Part shown: piece by piece, positions 17,346-25,797 of the stretch | How the letters are laid out: each line of letters opens with the position of its first letter | Position numbering within the stretch: the first letter of the stretch is position 1 | NCBI GenBank assembly: GCA_015067715.1 | Contig: SVLY01000002.1 | Coordinates: 3,657-67,656, forward strand | Source: Oscillospiraceae bacterium | GTDB lineage: Bacteria; Bacillota; Clostridia; Oscillospirales; QAMX01 | Length of the DNA: 64,000 nt | Direction of reading: 5' to 3' | Made by a program: the position numbers and the translations under genes | The notes under the pieces: generated by a model | Database searches by the model: none | What the model was told of the DNA's origin: nothing | The model's input: only the letters and a program-made list of their open reading frames with translations

Positions 17346-17990
17346 ATGAAAAAAGGACTTACCGAGCTGGTATTCATACTTGACAAGAGCGGATCAATGG
17401 CAGGACTTGAGGCAGACACCGTCGGGGGCTTTAACGCCATGATAGACCGCCAGAAAAAAGAAGAGGGCGCGGCACTTGTGACCACCGTGCTCTTTGCAAA
17501 CTCTGCGGATACCGTCCACGACAGAGTACCCGTTGAAAAGGTTGAGCCCATGGACGGCAGGACGTATTCCGTTGGCGGCTGCACGGCTCTGCTGGACGCC
17601 GTGGGACAGACCGCAGAGCGCATTGCCCTTATCCACAAATACGCCCGGATCGAGGACGTGCCGGAAAAGACGGTCTTCGTTATCACCACCGACGGCATGG
17701 AAAACGCAAGCCGAAGCCACACCTATGAGACCGTTAAGCGCATTATCGAGGAGCGGAAGAAAAACGCCGGTTGGGAGTTTATTTTCCTTGGCGCCAATAT
17801 CGACGCGGCAAAGACAGCCGGAACAATGGGCATAGACAGCCCCAACGCCGTGAACTACGTCTGTGACAAACAGGGCACTGCGGTGAATTTCAGCGCCGTT
17901 GGAAAAGCCATAAGCTCTGTGCGGTCGAAGGGCAAGCTTGACAACAGCTGGCGCGAGGAGATCGACCGGGACTTTGCCAAAAGAAAATAA
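17346..17990 (+). CDS. vWA domain-containing protein
   Basis: GGGAGG then ATG at 17346. MIDAS motif LDKSGSM and later TTDGMEN. Confidence 0.8.
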   Translation: MKKGLTELVFILDKSGSMAGLEADTVGGFNAMIDRQKKEEGAALVTTVLFANSADTVHDRVPVEKVEPMDGRTYSVGGCTALLDAVGQTAERIALIHKYARIEDVPEKTVFVITTDGMENASRSHTYETVKRIIEERKKNAGWEFIFLGANIDAAKTAGTMGIDSPNAVNYVCDKQGTAVNFSAVGKAISSVRSKGKLDNSWREEIDRDFAKRK

Positions 17991-18021
17991 GCATTTTCCC
18001 CCTATGCGCCCCAGGTTTTTC

Positions 18022-18051
18022 TTGACTTGGGGCGCTTTTCTCGTTTATAAT
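18022..18051 (+). promoter_or_regulatory. sigma-A type promoter (TTGACT-18-TATAAT)
   Basis: TTGACT at 18022..18027 and TATAAT at 18046..18051, upstream of the 18094 gene. Confidence 0.5.
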
Positions 18052-18093
18052 GGTCCTGTCAGACCGAATGAGAAAAAACGGGGTGAGAATATC

Positions 18094-19980
18094 GTGTATA
18101 AAATAGCTGTTCCTCTTGTTCGCTATTACGAGCACAGGGAAGAAAATATCGCCCAGGCACGGCGCCTTGGGGCGGAGAGGGTGTTTTTGTGCCCCAGCCG
18201 GGGACTTGGCACGGAGGAGTTTTGCTCCGCCGAGCTTTTGCGGCTGGAGGAGAATATTAAGTTCTACGAAGACGCGGGCTTTGAGGTGGGCGTTTGGATA
18301 TCCACCATCGGCCACGGCGGTGACCTTGCCGGAGCTGTCAACGGCTATTACGGCGGCATGAGAAACCTTGTGGGCATAAGGGGAAGATCCGCAACGGATT
18401 CCTTCTGTCCCATGGACGAGGTCTTTTCGGGAAAGATATGCTCCTGGGTGGCGGGAATTGCCCGTGCCGGAGCAAAGATGATAATGCTGGACGACGATTA
18501 CCGTCTTTCCACCCGTGCGGGGGACAGCTGGTGTGCCTGTGAGGCTCACATGGCCGAATACCGCCGCCGTCTGGGAGAGGATATCTCCCGGGAAGAGGTG
18601 CTTGAAAAGGCCTTCACCGGCGGCCCCAACCGCTACCGCGACGTCTGGCTTGAGCTCATGGGGGACACTCTGCGTGACTTTGCAAAAAAGCTCCGCGCCG
18701 CGGCGGACAGCGTGAACCCGAATATCCGCATGGGCGCGTGCTCGTGCATTACCGTTTGGGACGGGGATGGCGCGGACTCCATTGAGATCGCAAAGATCCT
18801 CGCCGGAAAGAACCGCCCCTTTATGCGCTTTATCGGCGCGGCCTACTGGCCGTCAAGCTGGGGAGGCCCGTGTTCCAGCCTGCCCTACGTTATCGAGCTT
18901 GAAAGAATGCAGCGCTTCTGGTGCGAAAACGAGGATATCGAGATCTTTGCCGAGGGCGACGTTTATCCCCGACCCCGTCACTTTGTTCCGTCGGCCTATC
19001 TTGAACAGATGGACATGGCTCTCCGTGTGGACGGGGGAACGGACGGCATTTTGAAATACGGCATAGACTACGGCGCATCGCCAACCTACGAAACGGGCTA
19101 TGCCGACCGGGCAGAGCGCAACGCCCCACTGTACTGGGGTATTGCGGAGCTTTTTGCCGGAAAAAAGAACGTCGGCGTAAGCGTTGCCTGCGAAATGAAG
19201 CGCCTTGCAAACCGCTTTATTCCGGACTCCGGCATTATCGGCGGCAATGCGGACAACGGATTTTTCCAGCCGGAGCAGTATTTTCTCACGTCCAACTCCA
19301 TCCCGGTCACCTACGGGGACGGAATGGCCGTTAAGATCGCCTTCGGTGAAAACGCAAGATATCTCTCCATGGAGGAAAAGGGCTATATCCTCGACGTTCC
19401 CGGAGCAAAATATCTCGAGGAAAAGGGTGTTGACACCGGTCTTGCCCGGGCAACGGCCATAACCGACGCTCCCGAGGAAAAATATCCGGCGGAGGGTGAG
19501 CATATCTACCTTGGAAATGCAAGAGGGCTTTACGGCCTTGAACCAAAGGCCGGAGCTAAAGCGCACTCATTTATAGGTGAGAACATTTCCTCCTTCACCT
19601 ATGAAAATGCCCGGGGAAAACGGTTTTTGATCCTGGGCTGTGACGGGGAGAGGGCTGTGGACAATACACGGTTTTTCCGCAACTACTGCCGTCAGGCTCA
19701 GTTTATCAGAGAGATAGAATGGCTGGGTGACGAGCCCTTGCCCGCCGTCTGCCCCAAAAACCCGGAGCTTTACGTAATGTGCAAAAGGGGAGAGGGGTCA
19801 CTTTCCGTGGCGCTCATAAACTCTTTTTACGATTCCGTGCTTGACCCGGTGGTAAAGCTGGACAAAGCATATTCCTCCGTGCGCTTTTTGGGCTGTGAGG
19901 GTGAGCTGTGCGGAAACGAGGTTCGCCTTTCCGCGCCCATAGGCGCTTTCAGCCAGGCCTTTTTCGAGGTCACTCTGTAA
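18094..19980 (+). CDS. conserved hypothetical protein (possible TIM-barrel glycosidase-like)
   Basis: ORF 17938..19980 trimmed to the GTG at 18094, which lies downstream of the promoter and follows GGGGTGA. No family recognised. Function unknown. Confidence 0.55.
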   Translation: MYKIAVPLVRYYEHREENIAQARRLGAERVFLCPSRGLGTEEFCSAELLRLEENIKFYEDAGFEVGVWISTIGHGGDLAGAVNGYYGGMRNLVGIRGRSATDSFCPMDEVFSGKICSWVAGIARAGAKMIMLDDDYRLSTRAGDSWCACEAHMAEYRRRLGEDISREEVLEKAFTGGPNRYRDVWLELMGDTLRDFAKKLRAAADSVNPNIRMGACSCITVWDGDGADSIEIAKILAGKNRPFMRFIGAAYWPSSWGGPCSSLPYVIELERMQRFWCENEDIEIFAEGDVYPRPRHFVPSAYLEQMDMALRVDGGTDGILKYGIDYGASPTYETGYADRAERNAPLYWGIAELFAGKKNVGVSVACEMKRLANRFIPDSGIIGGNADNGFFQPEQYFLTSNSIPVTYGDGMAVKIAFGENARYLSMEEKGYILDVPGAKYLEEKGVDTGLARATAITDAPEEKYPAEGEHIYLGNARGLYGLEPKAGAKAHSFIGENISSFTYENARGKRFLILGCDGERAVDNTRFFRNYCRQAQFIREIEWLGDEPLPAVCPKNPELYVMCKRGEGSLSVALINSFYDSVLDPVVKLDKAYSSVRFLGCEGELCGNEVRLSAPIGAFSQAFFEVTL

Positions 19981-19993
19981 ACTCTGTAGAAAA

Positions 19994-20026
19994 GCGAGAC
20001 TTCCCCAAAGGGAAGTCTCGCTTTTC
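19994..20026 (+). terminator. rho-independent terminator
   Basis: GCGAGACTTCCC pairs with GGGAAGTCTCGC, followed by TTTT. Confidence 0.75.
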
Positions 20027-20045
20027 TGCGGTCTTTTTGGTCTAA

Positions 20046-20159
20046 GTAGGGGCGAACTGCGTTCGCCCGTTTGGCGTATCATCCCTGCTACCTTTCCCGG
20101 CGACATTGTGCTGAGGGAGACCTTTTCCGGACGCCCCGGGAGGGGCGTCCCTACATTTC
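20046..20159. repeat. 114-bp interspersed repeat unit, copy 1 (TIR-bounded, two GC hairpins)
   Basis: Differs from 20327..20440 at a single position (T/C in GTGCTGAGGG vs GTGCCGAGGG). Termini GTAGGGGCG / CGTCCCTAC are inverted repeats. Internal hairpins are GGGCGAACtgcGTTCGCCC and GGACGCCCCgggaGGGGCGTCC. Confidence 0.9.
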
Positions 20160-20326
20160 AAATATTCTTTTTGTCTGATAAGTGATATTCTATTCGCCCA
20201 TAAACTTGCGAAGCAAATATCACTGCGTAGCAATATAACTCGCCGAAGGCGAATATAACTGCGAAGCAATATAACTGTGCCGAAGGCACAATACAACTCG
20301 CCGTCAGGCGAATAGAGCCGTACACC
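20160..20326. repeat. array of ~6 mini-hairpins separated by ATATAAC-type spacers, closed by CTATTCGCC/GGCGAATAG
   Basis: The hairpins TTGCgaaGCAA, TGCgtaGCA, TCGCCgaaGGCGA, TGCgaaGCA, TGTGCCgaaGGCACA and TCGCCgtcaGGCGA each precede ATATCAC/ATATAAC/ATACAAC. A long-range complement links 20190..20198 with 20307..20315. Confidence 0.85.
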
Positions 20327-20440
20327 GTAGGGGCGAACTGCGTTCGCCCGTTTGGCGTATCATCCCTGCTACCTTTCCCGGCGACATTGTGCCGAGGGAG
20401 ACCTTTTCCGGACGCCCCGGGAGGGGCGTCCCTACATTTC
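20327..20440. repeat. 114-bp interspersed repeat unit, copy 2
   Basis: See copy 1. It abuts the stop codon of the 20441 gene. Confidence 0.9.
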
Positions 20441-21667
20441 TTATTCTCCGAATTCGGCGCTGTTAATATAGAGCACCTGGCTGAAATTGTAGAGCAGGAT
20501 ATCGTCCAGCTCTTCTCCGGCATCGTACATCTCAAGGCACTTTGTGTACATGTCGATATAAGCCTGGGTCCTTGCGTAGTCTGCCGTTCCGGGAGTCTGA
20601 CCCTTTATGGTCCACTGGGCGCCCTCGAGGTTGGCTTTCGTCTGGGTCAGGAAATAGACCTCGGGGTCGTACATGTCGGGCTGGTTCAGAATATTTCCGG
20701 AGTTCAGGTAGATGGTGTCAAGTCTTTCGTTGATGGCGGCAAGCTCGTCACTCTCTGCCTTTGAGAGCTTTGAAGCGTCCCCCTCTGCGGAGAGCAAAAG
20801 CGCGTCCTTACGGGCGGTGAGCTCTTCGACCTCTTTGACAAGCTCCACCCGGTCTGCCTCGAATTTGGCAAGATCGGCTTTGTAGTCCGAAAGCATGCTT
20901 TCGGGGGTGAGCTCATACCTTCCCTGCATTTTGTTGAGCTGTTCGAAATTGTAAAGGTAAATATCGTCCATGCTCTCGCCGTTCTCGTACATTCGGAGCA
21001 TTTCGGTATACATTTCAATGTATGCCTGTTCCTCCTGCCACTCCTTGGAGCCTTCCTTCATGCCTTTCTGGTTTTTGATGCATCTTTCAAGGCTTGAGGG
21101 GATATTGTTGAGGAAAACGTTTTCCAGGTTGTAAAAATCCGGATCTTCAAGGAATATATCCTGGTTGAACTCCAGATTTTTTATTCTTGACTCAATAAGA
21201 GCCAGCTCTTCTGCTGCATTTTTGGAGAGCTTATCTCTTTCTCCGCCGGCGGTGGCAAGAAGCTTGTCTCTTCTGTTCAAAAGGCTTTCGTAATAGTTAT
21301 TTGTGTTGTCTATGACAGATTGCCTTTTGGCAAGGTCAGCCTTGTATCGCTCAAGCTGAGCCTCGGGAGACATATCCGGAACGATCTTTTCGGGATCAAG
21401 AGTTGTTCCGTTTTCGACAACGACCGGTGCCGTGGTTTGTTCGGGGGAGGCGTTTGGGGTTGGCGCTTCGGTTTGTAAATCCTCAGATCCCTCTGATGTG
21501 GGGGACTCGGTCGTTGTAGCGGTAGTAGGTGCGGTTGTTATTTCCGTTGTATGAGGAGAGACAGCAATGATGCCGTCATTTTCGGGCACAACAGAGCATC
21601 CTGTAAGCAATGCAGCTGTTGCGAGAATAAAGACAACGGAAACGAAGAAAGTAATTCTCTTTTTCAT
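20441..21667 (-). CDS. lipoprotein with an internal ~150-aa tandem duplication, function unknown
   Basis: AGGAGG plus 8 nt then ATG at 21667. Signal/lipobox ATAALLTGCS. Two repeats share YKADLAK...KLSK...QAYI(E/D)MYT...DDI(Y/L)LYNF. Confidence 0.75.
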   Translation of the reverse strand: MKKRITFFVSVVFILATAALLTGCSVVPENDGIIAVSPHTTEITTAPTTATTTESPTSEGSEDLQTEAPTPNASPEQTTAPVVVENGTTLDPEKIVPDMSPEAQLERYKADLAKRQSVIDNTNNYYESLLNRRDKLLATAGGERDKLSKNAAEELALIESRIKNLEFNQDIFLEDPDFYNLENVFLNNIPSSLERCIKNQKGMKEGSKEWQEEQAYIEMYTEMLRMYENGESMDDIYLYNFEQLNKMQGRYELTPESMLSDYKADLAKFEADRVELVKEVEELTARKDALLLSAEGDASKLSKAESDELAAINERLDTIYLNSGNILNQPDMYDPEVYFLTQTKANLEGAQWTIKGQTPGTADYARTQAYIDMYTKCLEMYDAGEELDDILLYNFSQVLYINSAEFGE

Positions 21668-21838
21668 TGACAATTCCTCCTTGTATTTATTGATGGGGAT
21701 TTCTACGTCCCGTTTTTAATACGTATGATAACTGTTATCTGTGTTAAGTTTTGCTTAGTGTATGCCTGGCTGTTTTGGCCGGGGATTCGACTGTTAACCT
21801 CCTTTACGCGGCCCCTGCGGTGTATCTGTTACATTTTA

Positions 21839-21867
21839 ATTATATATTGTGAAAATAATGGTGTCAA
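21839..21867 (-). promoter_or_regulatory. sigma-A type promoter (TTGACA-17-TATAAT) for the 21667 lipoprotein gene
   Basis: On the reverse strand, TTGACA is at 21867..21862 and TATAAT at 21844..21839. This leaves a ~165-nt leader. Confidence 0.55.
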
Positions 21868-22030
21868 GTTTTTTTTTGAGCGTTTTTAACTTTGTTGGAT
21901 TGCACAAAAATTGTGGTCTGTTTTTGTGCATTGTGACGGAGTGTTTGTTACCGTTTTGTTACCAAAACCGATTTCCGGAACAGCTCGGGTTTTGTTTGGA
22001 AAAGGGCTTATTCGGTTGGCCGCGTCCCAC

Positions 22031-22058
22031 TTGATTTTTTGCCTGTTTGTGATATAAT
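22031..22058 (+). promoter_or_regulatory. sigma-A type promoter (TTGATT-16-TATAAT) for azlCD
   Basis: TTGATT at 22031..22036 and TATAAT at 22053..22058. Confidence 0.5.
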
Positions 22059-22121
22059 TTACCCTGCCGCGCGCTCTGCTTTGCGGCGGTACAGATCCGT
22101 TTTTTAAGGGAGTTTTTTGTT

Positions 22122-22832
22122 TTGTACAGCGACAGACCTTTTTTGCGGGGGCTTAAGGCCGGTATTCCCATCGGTCTTGGGTATCTTTCCGTTTCCTTTA
22201 CTTTCGGCATAATGGCCGTGTCCTACGGGCTTTCCTGGTGGCAGGCCATCGTCATATCCGTTGCGACCGTGACCTCTGCCGGTCAGCTTTCGGGCATTGG
22301 CATAATGATCCACCCCGGGCAGTATCTTCAGATGCTCATCTCCCAGGCGGTTATAAACGTGAGATATTCTTTTATGTCCATATCCCTCTCCCAGAAGACT
22401 GAGGAGAAATTCTCCGGGATATGGCGATGGCTTTTGGGCTTTTTCATGACGGACGAGATATTTGCCGTTGCATCCATGCAGCCCGTTGTGACACGTCCCT
22501 TTTTTGCCGGGCTTGCGGTCATCCCCCATATCGGCTGGACGGTGGGCACGGCGGCGGGAGCGCTGCTTGGAAACGTTTTGCCCCAGAGCGTAATGAGCGC
22601 GCTGTGCATTGCGATCTATGGAATGTTCGTTGCCATCGTTGTGCCCCCGGCAAAAAAGAGCAGAGCTTTGCTTTTGGTGGTGGCATTTGCGGTGTTTTTG
22701 GCCTGCGTGTTTCAGTTTGTTCCCGGGGTGAAGGAGCTTTCCTCCGGTCTTTCGGTGAGCATTTGCGCCGTTGCCGCCGCGGTCTTTGGGGCGGTGCTGT
22801 TCCCTGTGGGGGACGAAGAGAGGGGAGAGTGA
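22122..22832 (+). CDS. azlC: AzlC family branched-chain amino acid transport protein
   Basis: 236-aa membrane ORF with a TTG start after AAGGGAG. LRGLKAGIPIGLGYLSVSFTFG is typical of AzlC. Confidence 0.8.
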   Translation: MYSDRPFLRGLKAGIPIGLGYLSVSFTFGIMAVSYGLSWWQAIVISVATVTSAGQLSGIGIMIHPGQYLQMLISQAVINVRYSFMSISLSQKTEEKFSGIWRWLLGFFMTDEIFAVASMQPVVTRPFFAGLAVIPHIGWTVGTAAGALLGNVLPQSVMSALCIAIYGMFVAIVVPPAKKSRALLLVVAFAVFLACVFQFVPGVKELSSGLSVSICAVAAAVFGAVLFPVGDEERGE

Positions 22833-22839
22833 ACAAAAA

Positions 22840-23160
22840 ATGGACAACACTCAGTTTTGGCTCTATCTTCTGGTAATGGCAGGCTCGACCTATCTCATCC
22901 GGGCAATTCCCTTTTCCCTTGTGAAGAAAAAGATCAAAAACCGCTTTATCAGATCTTTTTTGTACTACATCCCCTTTGCGGTGCTTGCGGCAATGACTCT
23001 GCCCTCTGCCCTGTTTGCAACGGACACGGTCATCGGCGCGGCGGTTGGCATCGGCGTTGCGGTGGTGCTGGCGCTGTTCGACAAGGGTCTCACCCTTGTC
23101 GCCCTTGCGGCATCGGCGGCGGTGTTTGTGACCGAGCTTTTGCTTGGACTTATCAGATAA
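22840..23160 (+). CDS. azlD: AzlD family protein
   Basis: ORF 22771..23160 trimmed to MDNTQFWLYLLVMAGSTYLIRAIPF. Small hydrophobic partner immediately after azlC. Confidence 0.75.
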   Translation: MDNTQFWLYLLVMAGSTYLIRAIPFSLVKKKIKNRFIRSFLYYIPFAVLAAMTLPSALFATDTVIGAAVGIGVAVVLALFDKGLTLVALAASAAVFVTELLLGLIR

Positions 23161-23162
23161 AT

Positions 23163-23200
23163 AAAAAAAGCCCCCCTTCGGACAGGTTACGAAGGGGGGC
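23163..23200 (-). terminator. rho-independent terminator for the minus-strand 25797..23324 operon
   Basis: GCCCCCCTTCG pairs with CGAAGGGGGGC. An A-run on the plus side gives a U-tract in the minus sense. Confidence 0.7.
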
Positions 23201-23260
23201 AAATTGCCTGCCAAAGAAAGCAGTGAGGAGAGAGAGGGGGCTTTCTTTGGTGGGGAAGTC

Positions 23261-23287
23261 GCCGGAGCGGATCTCCGGCTTTTATTT
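23261..23287 (+). terminator. rho-independent terminator (plus strand, after azlD)
   Basis: GCCGGAG cggat CTCCGGC followed by TTTTATTT. Confidence 0.6.
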
Positions 23288-23323
23288 ATGCTCGTGCAGC
23301 TTTAAACTGACCATGGAGCCCGG

Positions 23324-25084
23324 TCAGTATGCTTCAAATTCGCCGGAGGCAGAGCCAACGGTTATGAGATAGGTCTCGCCGATGACAATATCGGGACTTG
23401 AGAGAATGACCACCCCAAAGGAGAGCACCGGAGAGTGGGAGATAATCAGGTTTCCGTTTTTATCCGAAAGTGTGATGGGCGTGTTTTGCGCCTGGTTTCC
23501 AACGCTTACGGCGATAACGCCCTGGGAGGTATGGGTGAAGGACTGTGCCATGCCGGAGGCTCCCGTGCCGATGAACGTGCCCCCGGAGACGGTTGCGGAA
23601 ACGTCGAAGTCAAGGGTGGCTGTGTCGCCCTGGGTGGGGCCGCAGACGGTGGTGTAGCCCCCGGATATCTCCAGTGTGCCGTTTGCATCAATTCCGTCGC
23701 CGGATGCGGTTATATCAAGCTCGCCGCCGGAAATAACAATGCTTCCGTCGGATGCGCCAAGACCGGGAGTGCCGCGAAAGCCGCTTTGGTCGGTACCCCC
23801 TGCGGCATTCAGCCCGTCGTCTGAGCAGACGAGCTTTGCTTTTCCGCCGGAAAAGAGCAGGTGCAGGGCTTCTAAACCTTCGTAGCTTTGGCGGACCGTA
23901 ATTTCGCCGCCGGAAACCCGGAGAGTCCCGTCCGCGTGAAAGCCGTCGTCCCCGGTGAGAATATCAAAAACGCCGCCGGAAAGGTCAATGTGGGAGTTTG
24001 AATGCACCCCGTCGTCGGCGGAGTTCAGAGAGTAGCTTCCCCCGGCAAGAGTCACGTTTCCTGCGGCCTTGAGAGCCTTCGTGCTGACGGCGTCTTCTTC
24101 GGTCTGTGTGCCCGGAAGGCTTCCGGGGGCAAAGCCGCCGTGACCGCCGGGTCTGCCCATACCCCCCGGCCCTCCGAAGGACTCCGTGTGGGCTTCGCCG
24201 TTTTCATATCCGCCGCCGCAGTTGAGGGAGAAGCTTCCGTTTTCGATATACAGCCAGCTTCCCGCGCTGATACCGTCGCCCTCTGTGACGGCGGTGAGGC
24301 TTACCCCGGAGATATAGATAAATCCAAGCCCGGCACCGTCGCTGTTTTCAGCGTGGAGAGCGTCCTTTCCGGAGGAGATGTCAAGCTCTCCGGCGGCGAT
24401 GCGTATGCTGTCGTTTGCGTCAAGCCCGTGAGCTGCGGCGGTTATAGTGTAGCTTCCCCCGGATATGACCAGATCGTCCTTACAGGTCACGCCGTGACCG
24501 CCGGGGGAGGAGACGGCGAGACTTCCCTCGCCCTTCAGCGTGAGGTCGGCCTTGGAAAATATTGCGGCGTCCACCTTGTTCTCATCCCGCAGAGCAAAGC
24601 TTTCCCCGGCGGTAAGGCTGTTTTCCGTGGCTTTCGCAAGGGTGATAAAGACCTTGTCTGCGTTTTTTACGTAGATAGGGGCAAAATCACTGCAGGAGAT
24701 ATTTGCTCCCGAGAGCACGAGAGTGAGCTTTGCGCTGTCCGGTGCGTCCACGGTGATACTGCCGTTTTCAAGCGTTCCTGTGAGGATATAGGTGGCCTCC
24801 TCGGTCAGAACGGCGTTTGTGCCGGAGATCATAACGGAGTCCGAGGTGGAGCTTATGCCGTTTTCCCCAAAGCTGAGGTATACCGCTGTGCCGTCTTCGG
24901 TGTCTGCCTGCAGATCCTTTTCCGAGAACATATCCTCCGGAGAAATGCTCCCGTGAACTACGGAAGAGGTGGAAGGAGCTTCGGTTGTGCCGGATGAAGT
25001 ATCGGAAACCGGCTCTTTGGACGAGCAGGCGGAAAGCGCCAATATAAGAACGAGACAAAGGGAGAGAAGATAGCTTTTTTTCAT
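23324..25084 (-). CDS. secreted lipoprotein, carbohydrate-binding/beta-helix repeat protein (Cthe_2159-like)
   Basis: MKKSYLLSLCLVLILALSACSS lipobox at ATG 25084. Repetitive G/S/D-rich beta-helix-like segments (ISGGSYTITAA..., ISGGELDITASGDGIDANG). Confidence 0.7.
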   Translation of the reverse strand: MKKSYLLSLCLVLILALSACSSKEPVSDTSSGTTEAPSTSSVVHGSISPEDMFSEKDLQADTEDGTAVYLSFGENGISSTSDSVMISGTNAVLTEEATYILTGTLENGSITVDAPDSAKLTLVLSGANISCSDFAPIYVKNADKVFITLAKATENSLTAGESFALRDENKVDAAIFSKADLTLKGEGSLAVSSPGGHGVTCKDDLVISGGSYTITAAAHGLDANDSIRIAAGELDISSGKDALHAENSDGAGLGFIYISGVSLTAVTEGDGISAGSWLYIENGSFSLNCGGGYENGEAHTESFGGPGGMGRPGGHGGFAPGSLPGTQTEEDAVSTKALKAAGNVTLAGGSYSLNSADDGVHSNSHIDLSGGVFDILTGDDGFHADGTLRVSGGEITVRQSYEGLEALHLLFSGGKAKLVCSDDGLNAAGGTDQSGFRGTPGLGASDGSIVISGGELDITASGDGIDANGTLEISGGYTTVCGPTQGDTATLDFDVSATVSGGTFIGTGASGMAQSFTHTSQGVIAVSVGNQAQNTPITLSDKNGNLIISHSPVLSFGVVILSSPDIVIGETYLITVGSASGEFEAY

Positions 25085-25104
25085 TTTTGTACAGTACCTT
25101 TTTA

Positions 25105-25797
25105 TCAAAGCTCCTCAGAGGAACTTTCTCTGTCCGAGAGGGTGATCTCAAGATTTCCGTTTTTACAGCGGAGCATATCCAGCATTTCCTTTTCGGAAAC
25201 TGAGCTTTTCATTGTTATATTGTAGGTAAGGCGGAACATGCTGCCCATGTTGACCGTCTTTACCCGTATCAGCCTGTGCTCTGAGGTAAAGTCGGCAAAT
25301 ATTCCGTCAAATGCGCCAGGATATTCCAGATCCTCGGGGACTGTGATCTTCAGCGTCCGCCGGAGTGCGGCTTTTCTGCCCTCCCCAAAAGCGGTGACGG
25401 AGTAGACCGTGAACACACCGCACATGATCAGCGTGAACAGAGCGCCGTAGGCGATATAGCCCATGCCCACGACAAGTCCCGTTGCCATGGCCAGAAACAG
25501 CATGCAGATATCTCTGGCAGTTCCCGGAACGGAGCGGAATCGCACAAGGCTGAACGCCCCTGCAACGGCAACTCCGGCGCCGATGTTTCCGTTTACCAGC
25601 ATAATAACAACGCAAACCACCCCGGGAAGCAGAGCCAGAGTGAGCACGAAGCTCTTTGTGTGGGGAGAGCGGAACGTATACGTCAGTGCGATCACCAGCC
25701 CCAAAACAAGTGATGCGAAAACGCAGAGCAAAAAGTCGCCTGCCGGTACGACGGAGGTGAGGTCGCTGTCGAAAATGCCTTTGAAGATTTCGGTCAT
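25105..25797 (-). CDS. DUF4956 domain-containing membrane protein
   Basis: 230 aa with 4-5 TM helices then a soluble tail. Overlaps the upstream gene by 4 nt. Composition and context match DUF4956 partners of bacterial VTC proteins. Confidence 0.7.
   Translation of the reverse strand: MTEIFKGIFDSDLTSVVPAGDFLLCVFASLVLGLVIALTYTFRSPHTKSFVLTLALLPGVVCVVIMLVNGNIGAGVAVAGAFSLVRFRSVPGTARDICMLFLAMATGLVVGMGYIAYGALFTLIMCGVFTVYSVTAFGEGRKAALRRTLKITVPEDLEYPGAFDGIFADFTSEHRLIRVKTVNMGSMFRLTYNITMKSSVSEKEMLDMLRCKNGNLEITLSDRESSSEEL

Noticed and set aside
20160-20326. Possibility that the mini-hairpin arrays (here and at 28629..28779) are CRISPR arrays.
   Set aside because: The conserved units are only ~7-9 nt. 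The variable parts are 9-15 nt and self-complementary. There are no cas genes and no leader. This is incompatible with CRISPR repeat/spacer dimensions.
20042-20535. ORFs 20042..20296 and 20158..20535 (minus) and 20387..20764 (plus) across the repeat region. The 74-aa ORF at 10693..10917 is a similar case.
   Set aside because: They are read through interspersed repeats and hairpin arrays. They have no SDs, and their peptide sequences simply mirror the repeat units. Treated as non-coding repeat DNA.
22064-22121. Hairpin CTGCCGC...GCGGCGG in the azlC leader as a transcription attenuator.
   Set aside because: The T-run starts ~10 nt after the stem and is short, so it is not a convincing intrinsic terminator. 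No alternative structure is evident.
24002-24997. 331-aa plus-strand ORF.
   Set aside because: It is antisense to the beta-helix lipoprotein gene, whose signal peptide, lipobox and repeat structure support the minus-strand reading.
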